Below are positions 36,418 through 45,797 of a stretch of 64,000 nucleotides of DNA, piece by piece (the stretch's first letter is position 1; each line of letters begins with the position of its first letter). Source of the DNA: Minisyncoccota bacterium (lineage in GTDB: Bacteria > Patescibacteriota > Minisyncoccia > Phycocordibacterales > JACRKE01); NCBI GenBank assembly GCA_041660505.1, contig JBAZWG010000001.1, positions 609,768-673,767 on the forward strand. The letters are read 5' to 3'. A program made the translations under genes and the position numbers. Under the pieces are notes generated by a model that had not been told where the DNA came from, ran no database searches, and saw only the letters and a list, made by a program, of their open reading frames with translations.

Positions 36418-37116
36418 ATGAGCATCCAATCAAAAGCCTATCTTTTAATTCTCGCTTGTATCGTCGGCGCGGGAATTTATTTTCTCCAAGAACCGCCAAA
36501 GGAGACTATTGCCGGCGACCAAGTTGCCCAAGTGTCGGCCATATCTCCTACACCAGATGCAAACGCATCAGCAACGACCACTAATCAAGAACAAATAACA
36601 CAAAATAATCAAGAAAGTAATAAAGAAAAAGTCATGACCAAAGCAACATTAGAGACGAATTACGGGGAGATAGTTATAGAATTCCTGCCAGCGCAGGCGC
36701 CGAACACGGTCGCGAACTTCATTAAGCTGGCAGGGGCCGGCTTCTACGACGGCACACGCTTCCACCGCGTCATGAAAGATTTCATGATCCAGGGTGGCGA
36801 CCCATTAAGCAAAGACGAGGCTCAGGCATCACGTTGGGGGACGGGCGGCCCGAACTATACCTTCGCCGACGAGATAAGCGCAAGCAACCACGATGTCGCC
36901 GGTACGATAGCGATGGCGAACGCCGGACCGAACACGAACGGCAGTCAGTTCTTCATTAACACCGCAGATAATAATTATCTGGACGGCAAGCATACTGTCT
37001 TCGGCAAAGTGACGGCCGGCATGGACGTTGTCGACGCAATCCAGAATGTGGAAGTCGACGACATCTCAAGTAGGCCGGTGAAAAGTGTGACTATAGAAAA
37101 AGTCGTGTTACAATAG
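36418..37116 (+). CDS. cyclophilin-type PPIase, membrane-anchored
   Basis: APNTVANF, FYDGTRFHRV, FMIQGGDP, MANAGPNTNGSQFFI, HTVFGKV. Confidence 0.95.
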   Translation: MSIQSKAYLLILACIVGAGIYFLQEPPKETIAGDQVAQVSAISPTPDANASATTTNQEQITQNNQESNKEKVMTKATLETNYGEIVIEFLPAQAPNTVANFIKLAGAGFYDGTRFHRVMKDFMIQGGDPLSKDEAQASRWGTGGPNYTFADEISASNHDVAGTIAMANAGPNTNGSQFFINTADNNYLDGKHTVFGKVTAGMDVVDAIQNVEVDDISSRPVKSVTIEKVVLQ

Positions 37117-37148
37117 TAGTGTTATTAAAGCCGACGTTTCAGTCGGCT

Positions 37149-37168
37149 CCCCGACCAGAGCGTCGGGG
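37149..37168. repeat. REP-like family D (CCCCGAC-N-GTCGGGG)
   Basis: Related to 59377-59405 and 60842-60872. Confidence 0.6.
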
Positions 37169-37183
37169 CTAAAAACTAATACA

Positions 37184-37249
37184 ATGGCAAAAGGTAACAA
37201 CCGCCAGCAGAAGAACAAGAAGAAGCCGAAGGCTGACAAGAAAAAATAG
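37184..37249 (+). CDS. 21-aa basic micropeptide MAKGNNRQQKNKKKPKADKKK
   Basis: A-rich translation-initiation region; fills an intergenic gap. Confidence 0.55.
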   Translation: MAKGNNRQQKNKKKPKADKKK

Positions 37250-37284
37250 TCCAGAAGAAATAAATTTTGTGCTAGACTAGCCTG

Positions 37285-38919
37285 ATGACACAGTCACAGG
37301 CGTTGGATATTTTAAAGACCGGAGCGAACGTGTTCCTCACAGGCGAGCCGGGCGCGGGCAAGACTCATACTATCAACGAGTACATCTGGTATCTGCGCAG
37401 TCGCGGGATAGAGACGGCCGTAACGGCTTCGACCGGCATTGCCGCGACGCATCTATCCGGCATGACGATACACTCATGGAGCGGTATAGGCATCAAGCCG
37501 AAACTTTCGCAGTATGATTTGGACAAACTCACAACCAATGAGTATTTGGTAAAGAGAATTGCGCGGGCGAAGGTCTTGATTATCGATGAAGTGTCGATGC
37601 TCGGGCCGGACACAGTGACGATGGTGGATCAAGTCTGTCGCGAGATACGGATGTCGGGTGAGCCCTTCGGCGGGTTGCAAGTGATATTTGTGGGTGATTT
37701 CTTCCAATTACCGCCAGTCGTTAAAGAAATGCCCAAAGCAAAAGCAGACGAATTTTCACAAGAAATACTTTTTGACGAGATGTCCGAGGTCTCGCCTCGG
37801 ACAGATAGATTTGCTTACTCTTCTCCCGCATGGCAATCAGCTAACGTGATTACTTGCTATTTAACAGAGCAACATCGGCAGGATGATAACGATTTTCTAG
37901 AGCTACTTTCGGCGATACGGCATAACGAATTTACCGAAGATCATTTATTACATCTCGTAAAGCGCAAAGTTGATAGAGAGAAGATTCCGGCCGGGATCCC
38001 CAAATTATATTCGCACAATGTGAATGTCGACGCCGTGAACGACGGCACGCTTAAGAAAATAGAGGGCGATGAGAAGGTGTACGTGATGCAGACAGAGGGT
38101 AAAGAATGGCTTGTGGAGGCGCTTAAACGCGGTTGCCTATCGCCGGAGAAACTCGTGCTCAAGATCGGTGCTGAAGTGATGTTCACAAAAAATAAACCTA
38201 AAGATGGTTTCGTGAACGGCACACAGGGCGTGGTCGAGAAATTTTCCGAATTTACGAACAATCCGATTGTAAAAACGAAATCAGGCCAGCGTATCGAAGT
38301 TGAGCCGATGATGGGCTGGTCTATCGAGGAGAACGGCAAGGTCAAGGCGAGCTTGACCCAGTTACCTTTACGTCTGGCTTGGGCTATCACGGTGCACAAG
38401 AGCCAAGGTATGAGTATGGACGCGGCGGTCATGGACTTGGGCCAAGTCTTCGAATACGGCCAAGGGTACGTGGCGCTCTCTAGGGTGCGCCGGCTCGCCG
38501 GCGTGCACCTCCTCGGCTGGAACGAGCGCGCCTTCCAAGTTCACCCCGAAGTGCTGGCGCAAGACGAAGTTTTCCGCGCGTCGTCGGACGAAGCGGAAGA
38601 AGCCTTCACTAAACTAACGGCCGAAGAGCTCAAGAAGATGCACGATAACTTTATCATCTCATGCGGCGGAAAGGTGAATCGAAAGTTGAAAGTAGAAAGT
38701 AGAAAGTTGAAAGGGAATACCAAAACGAATACAGGCAAACTGGCAGAAATTAGAGAGAAGCATACCAATGCTTATAGACCGTGGGACAAGGCGCAAGAGA
38801 AGATGCTCAAAGAACTTTTCGAAAGTGAAGTGAAGATAAGCGCGATAGCAAAGCAACTTGGCCGCAAGCCGGGCGCCATCAGAATGCGGCTGGAGAGGTT
38901 GGGGCTGATTTCGAAATAA
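37285..38919 (+). CDS. PIF1-family helicase with C-terminal HTH
   Basis: TGEPGAGKT, TASTGIAA, IIDEVSM, GDFFQLPPV, LAWAITVHKSQG, YVALSR. Confidence 0.93.
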   Translation: MTQSQALDILKTGANVFLTGEPGAGKTHTINEYIWYLRSRGIETAVTASTGIAATHLSGMTIHSWSGIGIKPKLSQYDLDKLTTNEYLVKRIARAKVLIIDEVSMLGPDTVTMVDQVCREIRMSGEPFGGLQVIFVGDFFQLPPVVKEMPKAKADEFSQEILFDEMSEVSPRTDRFAYSSPAWQSANVITCYLTEQHRQDDNDFLELLSAIRHNEFTEDHLLHLVKRKVDREKIPAGIPKLYSHNVNVDAVNDGTLKKIEGDEKVYVMQTEGKEWLVEALKRGCLSPEKLVLKIGAEVMFTKNKPKDGFVNGTQGVVEKFSEFTNNPIVKTKSGQRIEVEPMMGWSIEENGKVKASLTQLPLRLAWAITVHKSQGMSMDAAVMDLGQVFEYGQGYVALSRVRRLAGVHLLGWNERAFQVHPEVLAQDEVFRASSDEAEEAFTKLTAEELKKMHDNFIISCGGKVNRKLKVESRKLKGNTKTNTGKLAEIREKHTNAYRPWDKAQEKMLKELFESEVKISAIAKQLGRKPGAIRMRLERLGLISK

Positions 38920-38935
38920 TGATATACTGGTGACT

Positions 38936-39847
38936 ATGATAAATGCTTTTGTCGGCCATATACGGCGTAATATTATTGTTCTCGCGCTTATCCTCGTTGT
39001 CGGCGGGTTTGTCGCGTATCAATATACGCAGATCAATAGCTTGACCGGCAAGCTTGCCTCGCTCCAGACGCAGGTCGCCTCGACGACAGCCGAGCAAACA
39101 CAGAAGGCCGACGAACTCGCGCAGGGTATCTCGGGTCTGACATCACAAACGGCCGGGCTGTCGAACACCCTTAATAACGCCCAGCAAAATATCGACGCGG
39201 TCAAGTCGCAAGTCGGTGGCGTGGCGCAGACTGTCGGCGGTTTACAGAAGCTTGCAACGATTGACCCGCAGCTGCTGAAAAAATATTCCAAAGTTTATTT
39301 CTTGAACGACAACTACACACCGGCGCATCTCTATGGTGTCCCCAATGACTATCTCTACAGCAATAAAAAGCCCGAGCAGTACATCGTCGAGGCGTGGCCA
39401 TTCCTCAAAGTGATGCTCGACACGGCGAAGGCGAACGGCATCACCATCTATATCAACTCCGCGTATCGTTCATTTGCCGAGCAGAAGTTGCTCAAGTCAA
39501 CTTACAAGGTGGTCTACGGTGCCGGCACGGCCAACTCGTTCTCGGCCGACCAAGGATATTCCGAACATCAGCTCGGCACGGCGGTAGACCTCATTATGCC
39601 GGGCTCGGCCGGCGTGCTCGAGGGATTCGACAAGACGCCCGGTTATCAGTGGATGGTGGCGAACGCGTACCGCTTCGGTTTCGAATTGTCGTATCCTAAG
39701 GGTAATCAATATTATGTCTCCGAGCCATGGCACTGGCGCTTCGTCGGCGTCAAACTCGCGACCTATTTGCACGACAATAACAAGAATTTCTATGATATAG
39801 ACCAGCGCGACATCGACCCGTACCTGATTAATATTTTTGATAATTAA
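38936..39847 (+). CDS. M15B (VanY-like) D,D-carboxypeptidase with TM and coiled coil
   Basis: SAYRSF, SEHQLGTAVD, EPWHWRFVG. Confidence 0.9.
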   Translation: MINAFVGHIRRNIIVLALILVVGGFVAYQYTQINSLTGKLASLQTQVASTTAEQTQKADELAQGISGLTSQTAGLSNTLNNAQQNIDAVKSQVGGVAQTVGGLQKLATIDPQLLKKYSKVYFLNDNYTPAHLYGVPNDYLYSNKKPEQYIVEAWPFLKVMLDTAKANGITIYINSAYRSFAEQKLLKSTYKVVYGAGTANSFSADQGYSEHQLGTAVDLIMPGSAGVLEGFDKTPGYQWMVANAYRFGFELSYPKGNQYYVSEPWHWRFVGVKLATYLHDNNKNFYDIDQRDIDPYLINIFDN

Positions 39848-39865
39848 TTTAATAACAATATTATT

Positions 39866-40783
39866 ATGAAAAATTGGATAATTGGCATTCTTGTTCTTGT
39901 TGTTGTCGGGGGTATCGGATATTTCTTAATGACCAACGGGTCAAAGAGTTCTGAACCTGTAAATCAGGAGCAGGCAACGAGCACAACCGGTGCGCAGACA
40001 GCGACAACTACAACAACAACGGCGGCACAAGAAAATTCAGGGCAGACTGTCATCGGTAAGTCGGTCGAAGGGCGCGATATCATTGCGTATCACTTCGGCA
40101 CGGGCCCTGAAGAAATTCTTTTGATCGGTGGCATCCACGGCGGGTATGAATGGAATACTACCTACCTTGCAAATACACTCGTTGATTACTTTCCGAAAAA
40201 CTCGAAGTTGATTCCTGGTAATCTAAATATCACAATTATCCCGACAATGAACATAGATGGCTTCGCTAAGATTGCTGATGGTCAATACCTTGGCGACGCC
40301 CCGATTTTCACTGCGGCCTCCTCCGCGCAGCTTACTGAGGCTCGCTTTAACGCCAATACCGTCGACTTGAACCGCAACTTCGATTGTAACTGGCAAGCAT
40401 CCGGCGTTTGGCAGAATAAGAAAGTTAGCGGTGGCAGTGCGCCGTTCTCCGAACCGGAAAGTCAGGCTATTAAGAATTATATCGAAGCAAATCACCCGAA
40501 AGCAGTTGTCGTCTATTACAGCGCGGCAGGTGGGGTGTACTCGTCGAGTTGTGGTAACGGTATTTTACCCGAAACCAAGGCTCTCACCTCACTTTACGCT
40601 AAAGCATCCGGCTATAAAGCCTACGACAAGTTCGATGCCTACCAAACATCTGGCGACATGGTCGACTGGCTGGCGAAAATAAATATTCCGGCAATCAGTG
40701 TTTTGCTCACTAATCACACTGATATTGAACTTGATAAAAATCTCGCGGGAGTGAAAGCTGTTTTCGCAAAATACGCGAAATAA
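39866..40783 (+). CDS. M14 zinc carboxypeptidase (MpaA-like)
   Basis: IGKSVEGRDI, GGIHGGYE, VDLNRNF, PFSEPE. Confidence 0.88.
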   Translation: MKNWIIGILVLVVVGGIGYFLMTNGSKSSEPVNQEQATSTTGAQTATTTTTTAAQENSGQTVIGKSVEGRDIIAYHFGTGPEEILLIGGIHGGYEWNTTYLANTLVDYFPKNSKLIPGNLNITIIPTMNIDGFAKIADGQYLGDAPIFTAASSAQLTEARFNANTVDLNRNFDCNWQASGVWQNKKVSGGSAPFSEPESQAIKNYIEANHPKAVVVYYSAAGGVYSSSCGNGILPETKALTSLYAKASGYKAYDKFDAYQTSGDMVDWLAKINIPAISVLLTNHTDIELDKNLAGVKAVFAKYAK

Positions 40784-40786
40784 GTA

Positions 40787-41746
40787 ATGACGAAGATTTT
40801 CCCACGGTGGGTCGTTATCACGATTATTGCAGTAGTGGCGCTTGGCCTAGGCTTCTCTGTTGTCGCATTATTACAAAAACAACCAACGCCGGCGCCGAAC
40901 CCTGTCGCGCAAAAAGTTGAAAAGGCAAATCCCGAACGCAAAGTCATTGGCAAGTCTGTCGAAGGTCGTGATATCGAGGCGTTTACTTACCGTTCAAACC
41001 TCACCCCTGACCCCTCTCCGAAGGAGAGGGGAGGAATCAGTATTTCCCCCTCCCTTTCGGGGAGGGGGCCGGGGGGTGAGGTGCTTCTCTTCGTCGGCGG
41101 TATCCACGGCGGGTACGAATGGAATAGCGTCGTGCTCGCTTATGACTTGATGGACTACCTCGTCGCAAATCCAGACGCAATTCCCGCGAACGTGCATGTT
41201 ACTGTGATTCCGAACGCCAACCCCGATGGCGTCTTCAAGGTCATCGGCAAAGAAGGGCGCTTCACAATTGCCGATGTGCCGGCTACTGGTGATCAAAGTA
41301 TCGGCCGTTTGAACGCTGACGGCGTAGACTTGAACAGGAACTTCAATTGTAAGTGGAGCCCGAAGGGAGTGTGGAAGGGTAAGTCTGTCGGCACCGGCAC
41401 CGGTCCTTTCTCGGAGCCGGAGGCGATGGCGCTCCGCAATTATATTTTAGAGAACAAGCCCAACGTCGCAGTTTTCTATCACAGTCAGGCCAACGCTGTT
41501 TACGCATCGCAGTGTGAGAAAGGCATCTTGCCAGAGACAACGAACATCATGAACACCTACGCCAAAGCGTCGGGTTACAAGGCCGTCCCGACCTTCGACA
41601 GCTACGCGGTCACGGGCGCGTCGGAGGATTGGCTCGCGTCGCAAAACATTCCCGCGATTACCGTAGAATTATCCTCGCATAAAAAAGTCGAATGGGAGAA
41701 AAATCTGCTTGGCATCACGGCAATCATCGATTATTATAGAAGGTAA
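40787..41746 (+). CDS. M14 zinc carboxypeptidase paralog with REP-derived insertion
   Basis: Same motifs plus NPDG, YHS, ITVEL. Confidence 0.88.
   Translation: MTKIFPRWVVITIIAVVALGLGFSVVALLQKQPTPAPNPVAQKVEKANPERKVIGKSVEGRDIEAFTYRSNLTPDPSPKERGGISISPSLSGRGPGGEVLLFVGGIHGGYEWNSVVLAYDLMDYLVANPDAIPANVHVTVIPNANPDGVFKVIGKEGRFTIADVPATGDQSIGRLNADGVDLNRNFNCKWSPKGVWKGKSVGTGTGPFSEPEAMALRNYILENKPNVAVFYHSQANAVYASQCEKGILPETTNIMNTYAKASGYKAVPTFDSYAVTGASEDWLASQNIPAITVELSSHKKVEWEKNLLGITAIIDYYRR
40998..41082. repeat. inverted pair of family C elements inserted in frame
   Basis: ACCTCACCCCTGACCCCTCTCCGAAGGAGAGGGG...CCCCTCCCTTTCGGGGAGGGGGCCGGGGGGTGAGGT. Confidence 0.85.
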
Positions 41747-41755
41747 GTTGCGACC

Positions 41756-43597
41756 ATGAACCCCGCGAAAATCTTCGACCAGCCAATGCGCGAATACGTC
41801 ATCATTGTGGCGGTTTTTATTGCGCTCACTTTTAACTTTTTCGTGCCCGGCACACAAATGTTTCTCATAATCGCGGCGGCTATCGGTGGCATACCTACCG
41901 CAGTGGCGGGCTTGCGCGGATTTTTAAAACTTTCCATCACCATCGAAGCTTTCAACTTGGTCGCGCTTGTTATTTCGTTTATGACCGGGGAGTATCAATC
42001 GGCGGCGTTCATTGTACTTATGCTCTCCTTCGCCAGTTTGCTCGAGTGGCGCACGCAGTCGCGGACGCGTAACGCGGTGGCCGAACTTCTCGCTCTCAAG
42101 CCACGCACGGCGACCGTCGAACATGATGGTGCGACAAGTGAAGTCGAGGCAGACACGCTCAAAGAGGGCGACATATTCATCCTCATGGCTGGCGCGCGCG
42201 TACCGGCAGACGGCGTTATTGTGCAAGGCAGTGTCTTCGTTAATGAAGCATCGGTAACCGGCGAATCGGTGCCGATAGTTAAGGATATTGGCGAATCGGT
42301 GCTCTCCGGCACATTGGGCGACTCCGGTGCCGCCAAAGTGCGCGTTACCCACATCGGCAAGGAGTCTACGCTCGAGCGTATGGCGGTACTTATCGAAGAG
42401 GCGCTTAAACATAAATCCAAGACCGAGCGATTGGCTGACAGGTTTGCCACAATATTTTTACCCGTCGTTTTGTTGCTTGGCGCGGGGACTTACTACTTCA
42501 CCCACAACTTGATGATGGTGGCCTCAATCTTTCTCGTCGCTTGCGCTGATGATATGGCGGTGGCGATACCCTTGGCGGTTAGCGCGGCCATCGGTTCGGC
42601 AGCCAAGCGCGGAGTGGTCGTCAAAGGCGGGGAATGGCTCGACGCCTTGAGCCGAGTGAAGACAGTGGTGCTCGACAAAACAGGAACTCTCACCTACGGC
42701 AGCTTCAACGTCAGCACGGTTGCCATCGAGCCCGGCGTTAATGAAAAAGAATTTTGGACGCTCGTCGCCTCGGCGGAGAGATATTCCGAACATCCGGTCG
42801 CCCGCGCAATATTCAAAGAGGCGAAGGAGTGGGTGGAGAAGGTGCCGGACTACAGCGAACTCAAAACAATCAAAGGTTGCGGAGTCACGGCGAAGGTGCA
42901 CGGACATGATGTGGCCGTGGGCGACGAAGGAATCTTAGAACTTTCGAAAGTCGTGAATGAAGACCGGGCGCGCACCGCGCTCGATGTCCTGGCGAAGAAA
43001 GCGGAGACTGCTGCCATCGTCGTCATTGATGGCAAATTCGCCGGGAGCTTCGGTATCTCGGATATGCCTAAGCCCGAAGCGCGTTTAAGCATCGACGCTC
43101 TGCGCCAAGCGGGTGTGGCGCACGTGGTGATGTTTACCGGTGACAACACGGCGGTGGCGAATGCGATGGCAGACGCTATGGGTATTACGGAAGTATCGTC
43201 GGCGATGTCACCCGCGGATAAATTAAATAAACTGGAATCTTTGCCAGGGCCTGTGGCGATGGTAGGCGACGGTATCAATGATGCACCCGCTTTGGCTCGC
43301 TCGGATGTCGGCATTGCCATGGGTATCGGCGGGACGGCAGTCTCCGTCGAGGCGGCGGACATCGTGGTGATGACAGATAACCTCTCGCGCATAAGTGAGA
43401 TGATCGCCTTGGGTCGACGGACGCGATCGGTCGTGCACTGGGACGTTATAATCTGGGCGGTGACGAATGTCATCGGCTTCGTTTTAGTATTTACCGGTGT
43501 GCTCGGCCCAGCTCTCGCGGCATTCTATAATTTTATCACCGACTTCCTCCCGCTTATCAACTCCGCGCGATTATTTAGAGAAAAATCTAATGTATAA
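41756..43597 (+). CDS. P1B-type cation-transporting ATPase
   Basis: TGES, DKTGTLT, SEHP, TGDN, GDGINDAP; TM motif ACADD instead of CPC. Confidence 0.92.
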   Translation: MNPAKIFDQPMREYVIIVAVFIALTFNFFVPGTQMFLIIAAAIGGIPTAVAGLRGFLKLSITIEAFNLVALVISFMTGEYQSAAFIVLMLSFASLLEWRTQSRTRNAVAELLALKPRTATVEHDGATSEVEADTLKEGDIFILMAGARVPADGVIVQGSVFVNEASVTGESVPIVKDIGESVLSGTLGDSGAAKVRVTHIGKESTLERMAVLIEEALKHKSKTERLADRFATIFLPVVLLLGAGTYYFTHNLMMVASIFLVACADDMAVAIPLAVSAAIGSAAKRGVVVKGGEWLDALSRVKTVVLDKTGTLTYGSFNVSTVAIEPGVNEKEFWTLVASAERYSEHPVARAIFKEAKEWVEKVPDYSELKTIKGCGVTAKVHGHDVAVGDEGILELSKVVNEDRARTALDVLAKKAETAAIVVIDGKFAGSFGISDMPKPEARLSIDALRQAGVAHVVMFTGDNTAVANAMADAMGITEVSSAMSPADKLNKLESLPGPVAMVGDGINDAPALARSDVGIAMGIGGTAVSVEAADIVVMTDNLSRISEMIALGRRTRSVVHWDVIIWAVTNVIGFVLVFTGVLGPALAAFYNFITDFLPLINSARLFREKSNV

Positions 43598-43606
43598 TTT
43601 ATTTTT

Positions 43607-44323
43607 ATGCGCACAGTAATTTTCGATATCGAGACAATCGGCGAGGAGTACGGCAAAATGGATGAGTCAACACAGGAGCTTATCACGGCTTCGCTCAAAA
43701 AGTCGGCGGCGAGCGACGAAGAGTACGAGGCCGAGTTGGAACAGCTTAAAGACGGCTTGGGCTTCTCACCCCTTACCGGCGAAATTGTTGCCATCGGCGT
43801 GCATGATTTGGAACTGGAAAAAGGCGTCGTCTATTTTAATCCTGGAACTGGCCCGGCGAAAAATGATACAGAAGGCGCCTATCAGCTCAAACCGATGAAC
43901 GAAAAAGAAATGCTCGAGGCGTTCTGGGACGGTCTCAAGCAATATGACGTCATCGTTGGCTTCAATAGTCGTGCCTTCGATGGGCCATTCATGATGATTC
44001 GTTCACTCGTGCACGGCGTCAGGCCAAGCAAAGATATTTTAGCAGGCAGATATTTGTACCAGCAATTTAAGTCCGGCATCACGCACATCGACCTGATGGA
44101 CCAGCTCTCGTTCTACGGTGCCTCGCGCTTCAAGGGTAGCAGCTTGCATATGTTCTGCAGAGCGTTAGGCGTCGAGAGCCCAAAGGTAGGCGGTGTCACC
44201 GGCGACGACGTGACTGGCCTCTTCAAAGCCGGCAAATCTTTAGATATCGCCCGTTATAACACCAGAGACATCAAAGCCACGGCAGAATTATATAAAAAGT
44301 GGCGAGATACAATCGCGTTTTGA
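43607..44323 (+). CDS. PolB-like 3'-5' exonuclease (DEDD)
   Basis: FDIET, GFNSRAFD, HIDLMD, YNTRD. Confidence 0.88.
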   Translation: MRTVIFDIETIGEEYGKMDESTQELITASLKKSAASDEEYEAELEQLKDGLGFSPLTGEIVAIGVHDLELEKGVVYFNPGTGPAKNDTEGAYQLKPMNEKEMLEAFWDGLKQYDVIVGFNSRAFDGPFMMIRSLVHGVRPSKDILAGRYLYQQFKSGITHIDLMDQLSFYGASRFKGSSLHMFCRALGVESPKVGGVTGDDVTGLFKAGKSLDIARYNTRDIKATAELYKKWRDTIAF

Positions 44324-44378
44324 TTTTTCGACATTTTCTGCTAGAGTGAGCGTTCTCTATTAAATAATTTTGAACATT

Positions 44379-45452
44379 ATGGCGACTCTAGGATTCCCTG
44401 TTTTTAAGACTAAAAAGAGTGGCGGTGAGAAGAAATACGACCTTGGCGATCCGAAGGGGCGTCAGAAATACTTCGAGTTCAAGGCAGGGAAGGAGATTAA
44501 GGACTTGCGCAAATTTTTGAAGAAGAACACCTTCGTCGCCTTCATGATGGGCAAGAAGAACTCGGGCAAGGGGACTTACACCAAGCTCTTCGGCGAGCAA
44601 GTCGGCCATGAACACATCTTGCATTTATCTGTCGGCGATGTCGTCCGCGATGCGCACAAAGAACTCGCTTCACCGGCGAAGAAGAAAGCGCTCGTGAAGT
44701 GGCTGAAAGAAAATTATCGCGGTATGATGCCACTTACAACCGCCGTTGATGCGCTCGAAGGCCGCAGTACGACGACGCTCGTGCCGACCGAACTTATCTT
44801 GGCTCTCGTCGAACGCGCGATAGACTTGCAAGGCAAAAAGAAAGCGGTCTTTATTGACGGCTTCCCCCGCGGGCTCGACCAAATTTCCTACGCGCTCTAC
44901 TTCCGTCACATTATGGGCTACCGCGACGACCCGGACTTCTTCGTCTTCATCGATGTGCCGACATCCGTCATCGCCGCACGCATGGACGGCCGAGTCATCT
45001 GCCCAATCTGTCACGTACCTCGCCATCCGCGACTCATGCGCACCAAGGAGATTGGATATGATACCGCAAAAAAAGAATTTTATCTGAAGTGTGACAACTC
45101 GTCCTGCAAAGGCGCGCGCATGGGTGCGAAGGAGGGTGACACACTCGGCATGGAAGCTATTAAAGGCCGGCTCGCGACCGATGAAAAAATTATGCGCGAC
45201 CTACTTGTCTTGGAAGGTGTACCGAAGTTGTCTGTCAGGAACACCGTACCGGTCACCGATGCGAAGAAGATGGTGGACGATTACGAAATAACACCAGGCT
45301 ACGAATATTCGCTTGACGCAAGTGGCAAAGTTGTGGTCGGAGAAGTACCTTGGACTGTCAAAGATGATGAGGGAATCGACTCATTTAGCCTCCTGCCGGC
45401 CGCGCCGGTGCTCGCTCTTATCAAGCAGATACACGCTATTTTGGGATTATAA
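44379..45452 (+). CDS. adenylate kinase-family protein (extended, Cys-containing lid)
   Basis: GKKNSGKGT, LSVGDVVR, IDGFPR, RVICPIC...C..C. Confidence 0.85.
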   Translation: MATLGFPVFKTKKSGGEKKYDLGDPKGRQKYFEFKAGKEIKDLRKFLKKNTFVAFMMGKKNSGKGTYTKLFGEQVGHEHILHLSVGDVVRDAHKELASPAKKKALVKWLKENYRGMMPLTTAVDALEGRSTTTLVPTELILALVERAIDLQGKKKAVFIDGFPRGLDQISYALYFRHIMGYRDDPDFFVFIDVPTSVIAARMDGRVICPICHVPRHPRLMRTKEIGYDTAKKEFYLKCDNSSCKGARMGAKEGDTLGMEAIKGRLATDEKIMRDLLVLEGVPKLSVRNTVPVTDAKKMVDDYEITPGYEYSLDASGKVVVGEVPWTVKDDEGIDSFSLLPAAPVLALIKQIHAILGL

Positions 45453-45459
45453 ATTCCGC

Positions 45460-45512
45460 TGGGGAAAACTTGTGAATAAGTGCTGGATAACTTCTGTATA
45501 ACTTGGGGATGG
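45460..45512 (-). promoter_or_regulatory. array of five DnaA-box-like 9-mers at 11-bp period
   Basis: TGGGGAAAA, TGTGAATAA (perfect TTATTCACA on minus), GCTGGATAA, TCTGTATAA, TGGGGATGG. Confidence 0.6.
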
Positions 45513-45560
45513 ATTAGCGCTACCGTGGCTAACATTTCTGTGGTCTGATTTGACACACAT

Positions 45561-45588
45561 TTGACACGCGCCGTGCCGGGTCTACAAT
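45561..45588 (+). promoter_or_regulatory. sigma70 promoter TTGACA-N16-TACAAT
   Basis: Near-consensus hexamers directly upstream of the 6S-like RNA. Confidence 0.75.
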
Positions 45589-45595
45589 GGAGGCA

Positions 45596-45716
45596 GATCG
45601 TAAAGCTGCGTTGACTAGCATAAACATATTCAGGGAGCTCGCCAGTTGCACTGCGCCTTGGCGCATCGCACAGAGCACCCACTTAGAATTTCTAGTACAA
45701 TGTAACTTGACGGTTC
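45596..45716 (+). ncRNA. ssrS: 6S RNA (compact)
   Basis: Long closing stem, A/U-rich central bubble, GGGAGC...GCACCCAC motif as in Bacillus-type 6S RNAs, own promoter and terminator. Confidence 0.75.
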
Positions 45717-45723
45717 AACCCTA

Positions 45724-45760
45724 GACACAAACCTTCGCTCCGGCGGGGTTTGTGTTTTTT
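45724..45760 (+). terminator. terminator of 6S RNA
   Basis: ACACAAACC...GGTTTGTGT-TTTTT. Confidence 0.8.
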
Positions 45761-45797
45761 CAGTTTGTTTCGTTCGTTTCTGTGGTATAATTATTTT

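Noticed and set aside
45460-45560. Calling this oriC
   Set aside because: No dnaA/dnaN nearby and no clear AT-rich unwinding element; GC skew cannot be assessed here
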